Of a stretch of DNA of 64,000 nucleotides, positions 32,198 through 45,597 are shown one piece after another. The notes beneath the pieces are model-generated. The model saw nothing but the letters and a program-made list of their open reading frames with translations. It did not search any database and was not told the origin of the DNA. The stretch lies in the NCBI RefSeq assembly GCF_009914755.1, contig NC_060933.1. The stretch is one strand, 5' to 3'. Positions within the stretch are counted from its first letter, which is position 1. Every line of letters starts with the position of its first letter. The position numbers and the translations under genes were made by a program. Source of the DNA: the human T2T-CHM13v2.0 reference genome, Homo sapiens.

Positions 32198-32859
32198 TTT
32201 CCCTGCCATGTCACCACCAGACTGTGTTTCTATATTTCTTAAATTTGGGAATTGTATTTTTAGATCAAAATAACTTTTTATGAAATCCTACCATTTTTCT
32301 TTTGTGATTTGGCACTTTTCAGGTTTTGTGCTATTATATAACTTTCATATCATTTCCAGAGTTATTCTCCAACTAGACTATATACTCCCTGAAGACAAGA
32401 AAATTGTCCTATTTTTTCTCATACTATCCAATGAACCAATACCTGCTTTAAACATATTAAACATTTAATAAATATTTAAAATTTTATTTCTGAGTACAAA
32501 ATAAGTAAACAGACGGCAGAAAGTATACTATGGACATAGAAGTTCACCATGTTATATCCTTAAGAGAATTTGTATAATGTGATTTACAAAGTACTAACTG
32601 AACTTATTAATTCTAGAATAAGGAGGCCAGAAAATATCACCAACTTGCTCTTCATCATCCTGAGTATATTATTTGATTGAGGCAATGCCATGTTTGGAAA
32701 TGTCTTAATGCTTTAAGCAATACATTATTAAAGTTAAATGATTTGGCTAAGAAAAAATTGTGATTCATATATTGTCACTTTTTATATCTATGCTTACATT
32801 TATTTTTATGAAAAGTTATCATAAGCTTTTATGCGGTACCTTAATTATATTTATTGGTA

Positions 32860-33220
32860 AGTGTAGGGTAAGTCCTGCTGCAGTAGCAAACAGGCCCAAA
32901 TCTCAAGTAAATATTTATTTCTCCCTTACGCTAAAATTCCAGAGTCCCTCAGCAAGGACGTTCAGCTCACAATGGGGACTCAGGGATCAAGTCTAATAGA
33001 AGAGTAGCTACCTTGAATCCTGATAATCATTGTTCCAGAAAGAACAAAGCATTCTGTGTGTTTTTGCAACAGTAATTCAATGCTTGTTCCAGAAGTGATA
33101 TCTAACCCTGCTCAGTATATTGACCAGAACTAAACACAAGGCCCTGTGCACACACAAAAAGTCTAATAAGCATAAACCTATATACGAGATATAGTTTGCC
33201 AACAACCACATTCTATTACT
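32860..33220 (-). mobile_element. Old MLT1 (J/K/L-like) LTR fragment
   Basis: GCTGCAGTAGCAAACAGGCCCAAATCTCA...TTTATTTCTC...GGGACTCAGG resembles late MLT1 consensus; highly diverged. Confidence 0.55.
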
Positions 33221-35082
33221 AATTATATTGAATTCAAACAATGAAGGGACATTAAAAACTTCTCACATACTTTTTTTTTTGCTTATAGATACATAATTTA
33301 TATTTTACAAACAAACATATATCTCAGTGTGTTACTTACATAAAATCAGTGAACTAGTAGGTATAGAAGATGATGAATAAATCTAGGCTTCTTTGGATTT
33401 TCGGTGTACCATGTTGTGTATTGTAAAATTTTGTGTGCAGTTTACGTCAGGTATAAAAGGTTTTATGTTGAAGATGATATTTGAGCAGAAGACTAGGCTT
33501 TTTTTTTTTTTTTTTTTTTTTTCTGGTGGGTCAACAACCCTATCCAAGAGATAGTTCAATGTAGAAACATCATTTTTGTATGAATCTAACACTAATCACC
33601 TGGTATGTTGAGGTCGAGTTTTTGAACTCTTGCAGTAAGTATTCACTACATTTTTATTTAACTTGTAAAATATGTTCCTTTCATGGTCTTGGCACTTGTA
33701 ACAACTTTTCTAATTAAGCCAACTCCTAAAAAATAAATAAGGAGATTCCTTGACATTTAAAAATTGATTGCTTTCTTACCATGGTTGTTAATGTTTCTTG
33801 TAACTTGTAGTTGTTGGTTGTTTGCCAATACTAATAAAATGAGCTCCTTGATCACTAAATATTATTATACAGACTTTCTATTATGATGAATTTTCTCATT
33901 GCTGCTTTTTTCATGCTTCACTATTTGTTTTCAGATTTTTAGTGATATTTCTATTTGGTGACTATTGCAGAAAACACCCTCATGGGATGAGACATTAGAA
34001 AAGAAAGTGCCTCTGAAACAATTATGCATTCTGAAACTCTCAAACACTTTAAAAAGTTGTTCATAGTATCCCTCATAATTGATTGAGCATACATATGTTC
34101 AATATATCATTTTTTCTAAAGAGTGTTTCAAACTTTGAAGTATTTATATTTTTTCTATCAGGTGCTATTTGGGCAATAGGAAATTTATTTCCTGACTGAA
34201 GCTCTTTCATAGGTTGAACAAACACAGGTCTTCCAACATAATGCCAGGATGTAGACATAATATCAACAGAAAAAAAGAATAATGAACCCACATGTTCTGT
34301 CTTCATTTACCAAGTATCCACTTGTCTGAAAGCCTTTAAAGTAATTTGGCATTTTCACCTATATTCATTTGGACTTTCAAGCACTATGAAGACAGCCAGA
34401 AATTTTAGTCAAACATTTATTTGCCACAGTTTTCCTCCAGGATATAGACTATTTTTCTTCCGTATGATCAACAGTCTTCAAAACGTGGTCCCAGAGAGTA
34501 AAATAAACAAGAGGAAAGTGAGATAAATGAGAGGAAAGCGAAGTACTAGACAATCTTTCACAAGGATCTCAAAATGCTTACAGATTCTACTTTTGCTTTA
34601 AGCCTAACCTGGGTCAGTAATCACAGGAAACCAATCCTTTCATACATATTTTCAGGAAAGTGTGTGAAATAAAGTTACCAGTCCTTTCAGTGAGCAAATA
34701 TTTCATCCATAAACCTTCTAGCTACTCTGTGGCATGGCTATGTGCATGCTTGTGTGGATGCCCAGACTGGACAAACCCTAGTGAAAGTTAATACAGGCAA
34801 GAAGAATGATCATTCTCAGTATGCTGGGTAAGGGAACACCCATTAAACCATGTAGTTTTCTATGTATTTAATATACATTAACTCATTTAGTCGACATAAC
34901 TTTGGGGTGAATGTCACTTTTAAATTCCGCTTTCCATTTGAAGAAATAATCTTGTAATTAAAGTGAACAGTCCAAAGATACATAGAAGGTAAATGTTAGA
35001 GGTGTCATTTAAGCCTAACTATGACTCCAGTCTTATGTTCTTTTAAAATATGCTGTATCATAAAACAAGTATGAACACTCAC

Positions 35083-35183
35083 CAGGAGCCTCCTTTGTAT
35101 GTGTATCTATTTGCTTCTGGAATAGCTGTGTTGGGAGATTTCAGAAGCCCAGTATGGCCTGCATCTTATATGAAAATACTTAC
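35083..35183 (-). other. Candidate recursive splice site and 101-nt RS-exon
   Basis: Minus strand ctaaaattttcccttag|GTAAGT...GGCTCCTG|gtgagt. Confidence 0.35.
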
Positions 35184-36824
35184 CTAAGGGAAAATTTTAG
35201 ACTTCCTACTACAAAAAGAGGCAACTATTTGTTTACCCCAAGCTTAGGTGAAATTGTATTACCTGAGTCCTAGTCTGTAGGCTTAGTTACAATGACAGCG
35301 TCCAATATATGTTTCCAATGACATGCATCTTCTACATTTCCCTTAATCCTATGTGACTGGAATGAAGTATGTGAGCCCCTGGCAGGCATGAGTCTACAGA
35401 CTCATGAACCACATGGGGATTCATCACCTAGGGTTGCTGACCTGCTAAAATGCCTCACATTGAACCAATGAGGTACGGCACTGAGAAAACAACTTCAAAT
35501 GCCTCTGGTATGTCAAGCAACATATTTTAGTAGAGAAGACTCCAGCAAATAAGAGAATGAAGAGTGAGGGTAGAGCCCGGTAAAACGAATGGTGGTTGCA
35601 TTAGCCTTTCTGGAAGCTTCAACAGGGCAGTGGTGAGACTCTTGGTAATGATTAAGTCTTCCAAGTCAATCATTTTGAAGACTAATATGCATTTTATAAC
35701 AATGGTTATTATATATATTTGTAGAGGAGGAGGTGAAAGAGTTGTAGCAAAATGCATTTTAAATAGCAAAATATGAGGAAAAATTAAAATATTTCCTAAT
35801 TTTCTAAAAATTAAAACCTTCACATGTACATAAAATCACACAAATATTATGATTAATATTTCTGTGTTCATTGTTAAATTAACCCTCTGGATGGGGAAGA
35901 AAAGATAATAAAGGCAAGGAGTAGGTTATAGTTTATAGGTCTGAGGCTTCATGGACAGTTGGATGTACTCTGGTATTTTATGAAATAAAAGGGAACTGAA
36001 GGTCCATCTCAGGCTCCTGAGCCCCAACACAGAGGCATTTTCCCTTATCTAAAGGGAGAAATGAAACAACCCTTTATGCAAAATCTACAGAATGAGAATT
36101 CCAAGAATTTGTGTCCTAACAGCTCAGATGAGAAATAACATAACTTATTTAACGCTCAGAGGGACTTTGATGTGAGTGCAGGTGCTAAGGTTGATTATTT
36201 GTTCTTTCCTTTGTCTTAGCCAGAATGGCCAAAGACCTACATTTACAAAGGCTTACATTGGAATGAATTTTCTGCAACAGTAAATGGAACACAGTACTTC
36301 AGCTAGGGCATCTCTAATGTTTTCAGTGTGTGTTTATGTGAAATCTAGTAAAGACCCAGAGAAATAAATGTTTTATCCTTCCTGGCAAAGACTATTTTAA
36401 TAATACAAGTTGGTTTTTCAGATTTGTTGAGAGAATTTCTATTAAGCAAGTGGAAGCACAGTTTAGGCCTAGAGTGTCTCATTTTGGTGAATGTTATTTT
36501 TTTTCTTTAGATTTTAACTAAGTGATTTCTTTTGAAATTAAAATAAAGTTATTGAGGACATTTATTCGTTTCCCCTTTTATACCTAGAGTATAGACTTTT
36601 TTCTTTTTAAAGAGAAAATGTTTTTATTTCAACCTTATTTTTGAAGGGTGGTTTCACTGGATATAGGATTCTTGGCTGAAAAAAATTCCCTCCTCTGCTT
36701 TTATTAATACTTTCTAGAAATATCACATATCTTCTTTAAATTAAGTGAGCAGAAAATTATTGTCCATTATGGACACTTCAGAGGCACTTCTGAAAGTGAT
36801 AGTACATGCTATTATTTGTCATAT

Positions 36825-37578
36825 TGAAACAGGAAGGGTTCCTCTGTCCCCCTCTCAGGGCCTATGGGATGGGGGCATGGCTCACTTCTTCAGCTCCCCA
36901 CTGCTCAATCCTCTAGGGGAGCATACAGATGGGCAGGCTGTGGGGCTCCGACCCTATGGCAATGTCTGTGGTAAAAATGAATGTTTTTCATTTCATTTTC
37001 ATTATGGTAAAAATGAATGTTTACAGCTGAAGCCCCAGTGGGCATGTGTTACAGGGTGCTCTTTTAGTTTCCCACCTATAGGTGGCTTGTGTTAACCAGC
37101 TTAATTAGACCCCCCTTCCTTATCACAAGGACAGAGGGATTTCTGTATCCCGGAGTTTCTCGCCTTGCTGTACTGGAAGAATCGGATCACACGTGGGCTT
37201 GGGAAATTAGTGCAAGGTTTTATTGAGTAGAAGTAGCTCTCAGCAGATGGGGGAGCCAGAAGGGAAACTGGTTTTCCCCATGACCAGCCGCTTGTGTCTT
37301 CTTCCATTGACATGTTCCTCTTGCTGTCCAGCAACTTCTGTCCTTACCTTGCTAGGGTCTTGGGTTTTTATAGGCCCAGGATGGGGGTTGTGGCAGGCCA
37401 GGGTGGTCTTTGAAAATGCAACATTTGGGCACAAAGGCAGAAGTGCCTGTCCTCAACTAGGTCTGTGGGGATGGAGCTTTAGCCAGGGACCACACACTCC
37501 TCTACTCAGCACTTCCCTTCCCCTCTTCTGTATCATTTAAAGGGACCACTCTCTTCCCTTCCCAGCACTAATGTATCA
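36825..37578 (-). mobile_element. ERV1 solo LTR (LTR1 family)
   Basis: TG...CA termini and a 4-bp TSD ATAT (36821-36824, 37579-37582). Locally GC-rich; AATAAA on minus near 37220; start resembles the LTR1 consensus (TGATAC...GGGAAGGGAAG). Confidence 0.85.
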
Positions 37579-38159
37579 ATATATCTAAATGTATAGCATG
37601 CTAATAATTGCACTGGGAGAAGAGACATGAACTAGGACTGTCCAACTAAACTAAGATGTATGGTTACCTTAGTTTTAAGCAACAGTCAGGTACTAAAGAG
37701 AAAGCAATGGTGAATGATTCTAAGGCTTCATTCAATCACAGGCTTGTTCTCATATACAAGTTTATGAAGAAACATGACTAAAAAAACAGATTGTACCAGG
37801 AAAGTTTTAAATATACGAGCTGAAATCTGCCATAAAAAAATTAAATAAAAATCTTTTATTCCAGTAATTATAGGTATTAGTCTAAGGAAAGTAAGTAGCA
37901 TATGTATACTAATGCATTTTGTTAATTTCTCCAAGATAATTTCTCAAACACTCAGAAAGAATAAATAATAAAACAGGCTTTCTGAGATAATGAGTATAAG
38001 GGAATGCAATAATATTGCCAGTCTTCTAAAAAAAAAATCTTTCACAGTGGGCATTTTAATCAGGATCATTAGGGAGAGTTGGTGCTGAACAATAAATCAG
38101 TGTGGGAGAAAAAATATATATGCATATATTTCAGTTTGTAATAGGAGTCTATGGGATTG

Positions 38160-38673
<514 letters not shown>

Positions 38674-38879
38674 TTATGTTCCAGTAATTTATCTCTAATT
38701 GCAATAACTTTAAGTTTCACCTTTTTTACTTGCCTCATAAAATGAGATATACCAACCATTGAGAAGCCTTGAATATATATTCATGTGTATTATGCTGTAA
38801 AGAAAACCATTTGATACTGTACCTAACAGACAGTCATTCTAGCAAGAGCTAAGTAGGGAATCCTTGAATAGAGTCCTAG

Positions 38880-39470
38880 AATATTCATTTACTTGTTTAT
38901 TTCTATAATTTGACTGTCCATTTGTGCAACAAATAGTTATTGAACATTCACTCTGTGCCAGAGCCTGGGGATACAGGAGGGAATATTCTAAACAAAGTCA
39001 ATCCTTTCTTATGGCTTCCCTAGTTTCTATAGATTCTAGTATTAAAGGCTGGACAAATAAATAGATTTATCAAAGGCAAGGTAGGTAAGTGCTCTGGAGG
39101 GAATGGAAAATAGATTAAGAGCATTAAGTTGGATAAGAAGAGACAGAGGTGGGAGAAAAGCATTGCGGTAGGGTGACATTTCAGCAGAGACTTCAAGGTT
39201 GCTAGGGGAAGTCACATGCTGTTATGTGAGAAAGCACTCCAGGTACAGAGAGCAGAGGCCAAAGTCCTCCAGCCTGACATTGGTTGGGGATTCCTGGGAC
39301 AGCGGGGAAGCCGGATTATCTTAAGCAAGTGAAAGAGGAAGATGGAGGTGGGAAACCATGTCAGACAGGAGGTTAGGGGATGGGCAACTTTGAAGGCCAT
39401 TGTAAGGACTTGGCTTTCATTCTGAGTAAGATTAAGGATCCATTGGAGAGTTTTGAGCAAAGATTATGTG
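38880..39470 (-). mobile_element. LINE-2
   Basis: CAACAAATAGTTATTGAACATTCACTCTGTGCCAG...GGTGACATTTCAGCAGAGAC...GGCCATTGTAAGGACTTGGCTTTCATTCTGAG. Confidence 0.85.
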
Positions 39471-42027
39471 AATTAGAATACAGAAGTACTTAGATTTTTA
39501 CTTTTAATATACTTATTAAGAGAAATGGGAAAACAAATTCCTGGGCTCCATGAAATACTCGTCCACTCTATCAGTCAATGGTAGATTCTGTCTTGCAGTT
39601 CTCCAGGCCCTCTGAACAGCTATCTAATGTCCTAAAGTATTCATAGAAACAATAAAAGATAAGAGAGTAAGAGAAAAGAAGAAAATAATTTTAAAAATTT
39701 AAAAATGTGTTATTATTGTTATTATTGCCTTAGGACAGGTAAAAGAGGTAAGAGATCAAGGAGATAACTCTTGGACAAGTAGATCTCATTACAACTTTTA
39801 GTACAGTCACAGATGCTTTACATGATCAACTGAAGCAGACTTAGTGTTGCTTTTAAGGAGGACAGCAGGCACAGTCTTATCAAGTTCTGAATTTCCTCAC
39901 TTTGTCAAGCAGTTGCTGTGTGACTTTGAAAGAGTTATTAATACATTAGTAACCTGTGTTTGTTTCCTCATCTGTGAAATTCAGTAAATCCATCTTACAT
40001 GCTGGTTGTGAGGGGTAGTGACCTGGCAAATAGTAATCACAGGCAAGTGTTTGTTGTCATTGATAACAAGATTGGATTTCTAAGAAGATGGTGTTGATTG
40101 CAAGATGGTGTTTATCAAGATATCTTGATAAGATAGTTTTTATTGTGAGATGCATTATTAAGTTGAGTTTTGCTTTAAGCATAAGAGATTGCATTAAGTG
40201 CACTAATTGACTTTTAAATCTATTTAATTTTCAGAAATGTCAAATATGAATAAAAATGTGAAATGAATGGAGGGTTTATGATCAGGGATATTCTCTCTAT
40301 GTTACACATTTACTGCTTTATCATTTAAAATAAGCCCCCAAATTGAAAGTGAGTCAACATTTGACATATCAGTATTTTCCAAGGAATAATTTGTGTAGCC
40401 AGTTTTCAAAACTAGAGGCTATAAACTACTCTGATTTTTAAATGATATTGATAAACAAGGAGACATTTCATTTTTTAAATGACTAATGTGATTATCAAAA
40501 TAAAAAAATAAAAAATATAAGACTTGATTTGACTAATGGGTAAAACATGAATGCCACTAGGTAAGACTATTTCTATCATGACATTACCTTAAATTAGAAA
40601 TCACTAATTATGTATGCATGTGCCAAAATATAACTACTCTAGCAAGTGATGAATTTGCATATACAATGATTTTAATCAAGGCACTTCTTTGATTGTACAA
40701 TTATCTGTTTTGCATACACAAAATCTGAATTCTGTACATGTGAGTCCTCATTTGTATATGCACCAAATTATTTTGTTGGTGCAACTTAGAAATCTCTACT
40801 TGATATATTAGGGCATTATTTCTCTTCCATTTATAGTAATATGTTTTCAGTTTTTATTAAGTAGTAAAACCAAACTCCCTGGAAAAACATGGGAAGTGGG
40901 CCCTGCCTCTAGTCATAATAGAGGGAAATGCCACTGTATTTCTATTCTGTGTTAAGAAAAAGCAAAAAGTTTCTTCTACACACCGTTTGTTCCTTTCTGC
41001 CTTCTTATTTGGAATGTATCTCAAAATTTAAAGAAGACTTTGGTTCACAGAGAGAACCCTTGAGTGGCAATCATATTGAGTTCACTCAATTTTCCACATT
41101 GTTAGTCTGTAAATGATGAGAGTAGGGTGTTGATCCTTACTACTCTTAAGCAACAGAGAAAATTTAGAGGTGGTGAAAAGTACCAAATTTATAGTCCTAG
41201 AGACAAATATTCTCTGTAGAGTTCCTGAAAAAAGAAATAGCCGGAAAAGCAGTGAGGCAAAACTCGTTATTTCATTATGGTCTTGCTGGACAACTGAGAC
41301 TCCCCTTGGCCCTCAGCGAGAGCAGTGTGCTACATACAGTAATCTGGGCACATTGATGACCGCAGTGTAAAGCTCTCAGTAAGTGGGATGTTTGTTTTGT
41401 AGTTAAGTCATCCTGACAGGCCCATTGGGTCATGTACCTGCTTACAATGCAAAGTTATTCACAACCTCAAAATGAGACTTCTGTACATTACAGATAGGTC
41501 ATTGGTAACAGTAGAAGTCTTAGCTTTTGAATCATTCAAATCAAGATCTTTTCTGCATATTTGGGTTTGGTCTTGAGGATTCAACTGAGATAAAATTGTC
41601 TCATATCAGTAGATACAAAATTACCACGGTCCTTCTGTTGTCTACCTGCCTGCAGATGTGTCCTTGCAAGAATGGGATCCTATGTTAGGTCAAGAGTAGA
41701 ATTCTAGCTTGTAAATTTTCAGTTTTGCTACCTTTGCTGTGACTCTAGGGTAATTTGATAATCAGGCTATAAAGAGATCCTTTCAAAGTCTCTGAATTTT
41801 CGAACTTTGAACCTTGCTTTTACGTAACACTGAATTTTCTATAATGCATTTCTTCTTGGCTACATAGATGACCCACTGTTATTGGAATAAGCCCAGGTCA
41901 AATTTGTCTATGATGTTTCTTCAACAATATTTTGTAGTCTGCTTTCTTCCAGTGTTCACTTTCAATCTCCTCAGGGAGGGAATATATAGTAATGAAACTA
42001 TATTACAGTAATTAGAGTCAGCCACAT

Positions 42028-42335
42028 TGAGACAGCCAAGCAAAAAGGGCTTCCTGGAGAACCTCTGACCAACCTGCACACTGGGAGAATGGGGTGGAGC
42101 CATGGAAATTCCTGTCATTTGCAGAGGGGAGGAGCCTGGTCTCTTAAGTTCCTGTGTGATGGGGCGGGAGCTGGTTAATCGGCTGCCCTCTTGCTCAGCT
42201 GAAAGTTTTTCTCTTTTTCCTTTTTTACCCAATAAATTGTTACTCTCACCCTTCTATGTGTCCACGAACCTAATCTTTCCTGGCCATGTGACAAGAACCT
42301 GGTTTTAGCTGAACTGAGAAGAAAGCCCTGCAACA
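42028..42335 (+). mobile_element. ERV1 solo LTR (MER61 family)
   Basis: TGAGACAGCC...CAACA termini, 4-bp TSD ACAT (42024-42027, 42336-42339) and AATAAA at 42231. Confidence 0.85.
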
Positions 42336-42341
42336 ACATCT

Positions 42342-42803
42342 GGTGCGATAGACGATAGACTGAACCATGCCTCCAGGTATGCTTATACTTGTCATCTTTC
42401 TCATTAACTCTGGGTTTGTTCATGTAACTTATTTTGACCAATGGGACATTAGCAAGCTTGATACCAGGAGAGGCACTTGCAATGGGGATTCTCCTTTGCA
42501 AAACTCCTTGGAGCTGAGCTGCATGCTATGCGAAAAACCATGCTAGTCTGCTATATGGAAAGGATATATGGACAGCCATTGGAAGATGACTCACCATATA
42601 GAAAGAGGGGCCACATGGAAAAGAACTGAGACCTCCAGTTAATCTCTTAGCTGAATATAGTTGCATGAGATCCCTATTGACACTTATTGGAGTGGAATAA
42701 CTGCATAGTCAATCCACTCTCAGCATCATGAGGAATAACAAATTTTTATTTTAAGGCACTGAGATTTAGGGTGGTTTCTTCCATAGCAACAGATAATTGA
42801 TAT
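42342..42803 (+). mobile_element. MLT1 (G/H-like) MaLR LTR
   Basis: TTTGACCAATGGGACATTAGCAAG and the typical end TTTTAAGGCACTGAGATTTAGGGTGGTT...ATAGCAACAGATAATTGATA. Confidence 0.75.
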
Positions 42804-42804
42804 A

Positions 42805-43000
42805 GTTGGGTTAAATTCAGCCTCCATTATTTGCTGAGCTATGTGACTTGGTGAGTAGTTTAAGCTTTCTAATCCTCAGATTCTTGAGCTCTAAAATACA
42901 CTGTTATTTCCACAAGGCTGCGGAATGGATTAAATACTGAATATAAATAATTTAGCACAAGGCCTGAGCTATAGTAAGTGCTTAATAAGTGGTAGTAATT
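42805..43000 (+). mobile_element. MIR
   Basis: GCTATGTGACTTGG...GGATTAAA...TTAGCACAAGGCCTGAGCTATAGTAAGTGCTTAATAA. Confidence 0.75.
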
Positions 43001-43177
43001 ACCATCAATTTCATCATTTCAGTCAACATCACCATTATCACAAATATCATAACTATTAGCACCCATGCCAACACGAACTCCGCAACATTGCCACCAATAC
43101 TTTCCTGATAGCTAGTGCTTTCACGATGCCCTTAGTGTCTACTGCCACGGAGAAAATCAACCTTTTTCATTAAGACA

Positions 43178-43240
43178 TTTTTAAACCATACATACACACA
43201 AAACTTTAATTTTTTAAACCATACATACACACAAAACTTT
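43178..43240. repeat. Perfect 30-bp tandem duplication with 3-nt spacer
   Basis: TTTTTAAACCATACATACACACAAAACTTT at 43178-43207 and 43211-43240. Confidence 0.95.
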
Positions 43241-43599
43241 TATTATGCTAAAATATGATGTAATAAAAAGAAGTTATTTACATGTCCCTTTACATCATTT
43301 AATCAGATTACTAAACAGGTAAAGAGATTTGACAAAATCATTCAGAAAGCAAATGGAATGGCTATATTTGAATTCTGTGTCTTCATGTCATTAATGCTGA
43401 GACGTTTTAAAAAATTCTGGTTGTTCTAAAAATAAGAGCTTGCATCTCTCACTAGAAGGACATCTCCATAGGGGAAGATATTTTATTGCCGTTAGTGCTC
43501 TATTCCTAGTGCCTTAAAAATTGCCTAGTATATAAAAGCTCCTCCAGAAGTGTTTGTTGAATACATGGATCAATTCACAACTGATTGGAAGCTTACAGA

Positions 43600-43815
43600 A
43601 CATGTATTGTGTAGCCAGAATATCTGAGTTTGAATCTCAGTTCTAACACTTATCAGTTACGTAAATTTTAGCAATTTAATATTTTTGTGCCCCAGTTTTC
43701 TTATATGTAAAGATGATAATAATAGCACATATTATCTAGGATTGTCCTTATAAATATGAAACTCTGAACAGTGCCTGGCAAATAGTCATCACCATGTAGC
43801 TCTTGTTATTATCAT
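43600..43815 (+). mobile_element. MIR
   Basis: CTGAGTTTGAATCTCAGTTCTAACACTTA...GAACAGTGCCTGGCAAATAGT. Confidence 0.75.
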
Positions 43816-44367
43816 TATCTTGTTATATTGAGCTCTATTGGTGCATAGAATAGTATATATACATTATTGATTTAAAGAACGGGAATATGTAGCATATTGA
43901 AAGAAAGTCAAGAGAGATGGTGTTGTGTGGTCTAAAACAATGGCTTCCAAGCTCCATTTTTGATTAAAATCATCTGGGATGATTATTAAAATCCAGATCC
44001 CTGCCCACTCTACTCCTCCTTCCATGCTCTATATTTGTAACAATTGCACCAAAGATCATGTTTGCATAGTCAGCTTTGGAATGCAGTGAAATCAAATGAA
44101 TTTTAATAATGCATGTTCAGGTACCATATGATTTAATTAGAGAAGCTATTTTGGTACAGGGGTTTTTCCATTGACCTATAAATTCAATCCTGTGGGGAGT
44201 TGTGCATTCTACCATGTCTCCACCATGTGCCATTTGGATGTCTCCTCTCTCCTTTCTTCCTTTCCCTTCCTCCCCTCATCCATAGAGAGAAGATGACTAC
44301 TCCCAGTTGATGCTGACCCTCCCAGGAACATGAAACAACAAAAAAAAAAAGTATGGGGTCTAATAGG

Positions 44368-44630
44368 TCCTTGCTACTCAAAGTGTGATCCACAAAGCAG
44401 CAACATAAACATCACTTGAGAACATGTTGAAAATGTAAAATTTCAGGCCCTAATGTAAGGGATTTTCAACTCCATTTCCTGATATAATCACCAGGGAGCT
44501 GAAGCATCAAAGTTTAGATGTTAGGCTTCATTTACCTTGAGAGACTCTGAGTTAATTGGTTTGGGTACTACCCAGGTCTAACTAGCCTTTTCGACTTCAC
44601 AGTTGATTCTGATATGCAACCTGGTTTAAG
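44368..44630. mobile_element. MER5A-type hAT-Charlie MITE (compound or interrupted)
   Basis: GCTACTCAAAGTGTGATCCACAAAGCAGCAACATAAACATCACTTGAGAAC...GTTGATTCTGATATGCAACCTGGTTTAAGAA. Confidence 0.7.
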
Positions 44631-45441
44631 AAAGGAGAGTTTTAGCAGAAAACTTCAATTGATTTTGAAACTTCTACTTCCATGGCCTTCTTCAAGCACC
44701 TACAAGACTCTGGGTTTCACAATATTCTTCAGATTTCCTTGTACCAGTGGACCAGTGGCAGATTTCCTTGCACCAATTTCCTCTTGACCCCATTATTCAT
44801 GGTTACTAACCAAACCTGCCAACTTTGGCATCTACCCCCTTTTCTCAGTAATCTTGAGATCTGAACTAGCTGAACAAATAGACTGGAAAGCATTCACAAC
44901 GTCAGTAGGAATGTGGTACGAAACCAAAAGCATTTTATCACATTTTCAAGCAAAACTCAAGTACTTTCAAGCATAATAATGACGATAACGTCTACTTGTA
45001 TTATGGTTAGGACTATCTACCCCCACAACCATTGTTGTTGCTTTTTGTAATCGGACTATTGCAAAGTGATATGATTGCCTTTGAATAGATTGCAGTATTA
45101 GAATAATATATTTATATTTTTGTAAAATCTTGTATTTTGTTCACTCACAAATTACTTGACTGAAAGAGACTGACTTTCTTCAATCCTTTACAGTTTACCC
45201 TGGAATAATTAGGTAATAAGAGGGAAAACAGACATAGAAGCTAGTCAAGACCCAGTTCTTTTTGTATGTGACTCAACAAAACAGCATTTTTGCTGTAAAT
45301 CTTAAGATAATCTTTGAACACTGAATCAAGAGCACTAAAAGTCAAAACCAAATCAAACGTTTGAAAAATTAATGTCTTGATTGAAGTCCCTTGGGGAGCC
45401 GTCAAAGGAACAGAGTTATTTATATACTACCTTACTATTTA

Positions 45442-45597
45442 CAGCATGGTCTTTAAACCAGCAGCTTTGTACCACCTAGGAACTAATAGAAATGCATATT
45501 ATTGGGCCTTACTTCAGCTCAGATTCTAAATCAGAATCTGCGTTTTGAAAAGATAGCCCACATTATTCATAGACATATTAAGGTTTGAGAAGCACCA
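45442..45597. mobile_element. MER5A
   Basis: ACCAGCAGC...CACCTAGGAACTAATAGAAATGCA...AAATCAGAATCTGC...AGGTTTGAGAAGCAC. Confidence 0.75.

Noticed and set aside
33240-34300. Possible decayed DNA-transposon or retrocopy around the poly(T) at 33499-33522
   Set aside because: No terminal repeats, TSD or recognisable protein similarity could be established by eye.
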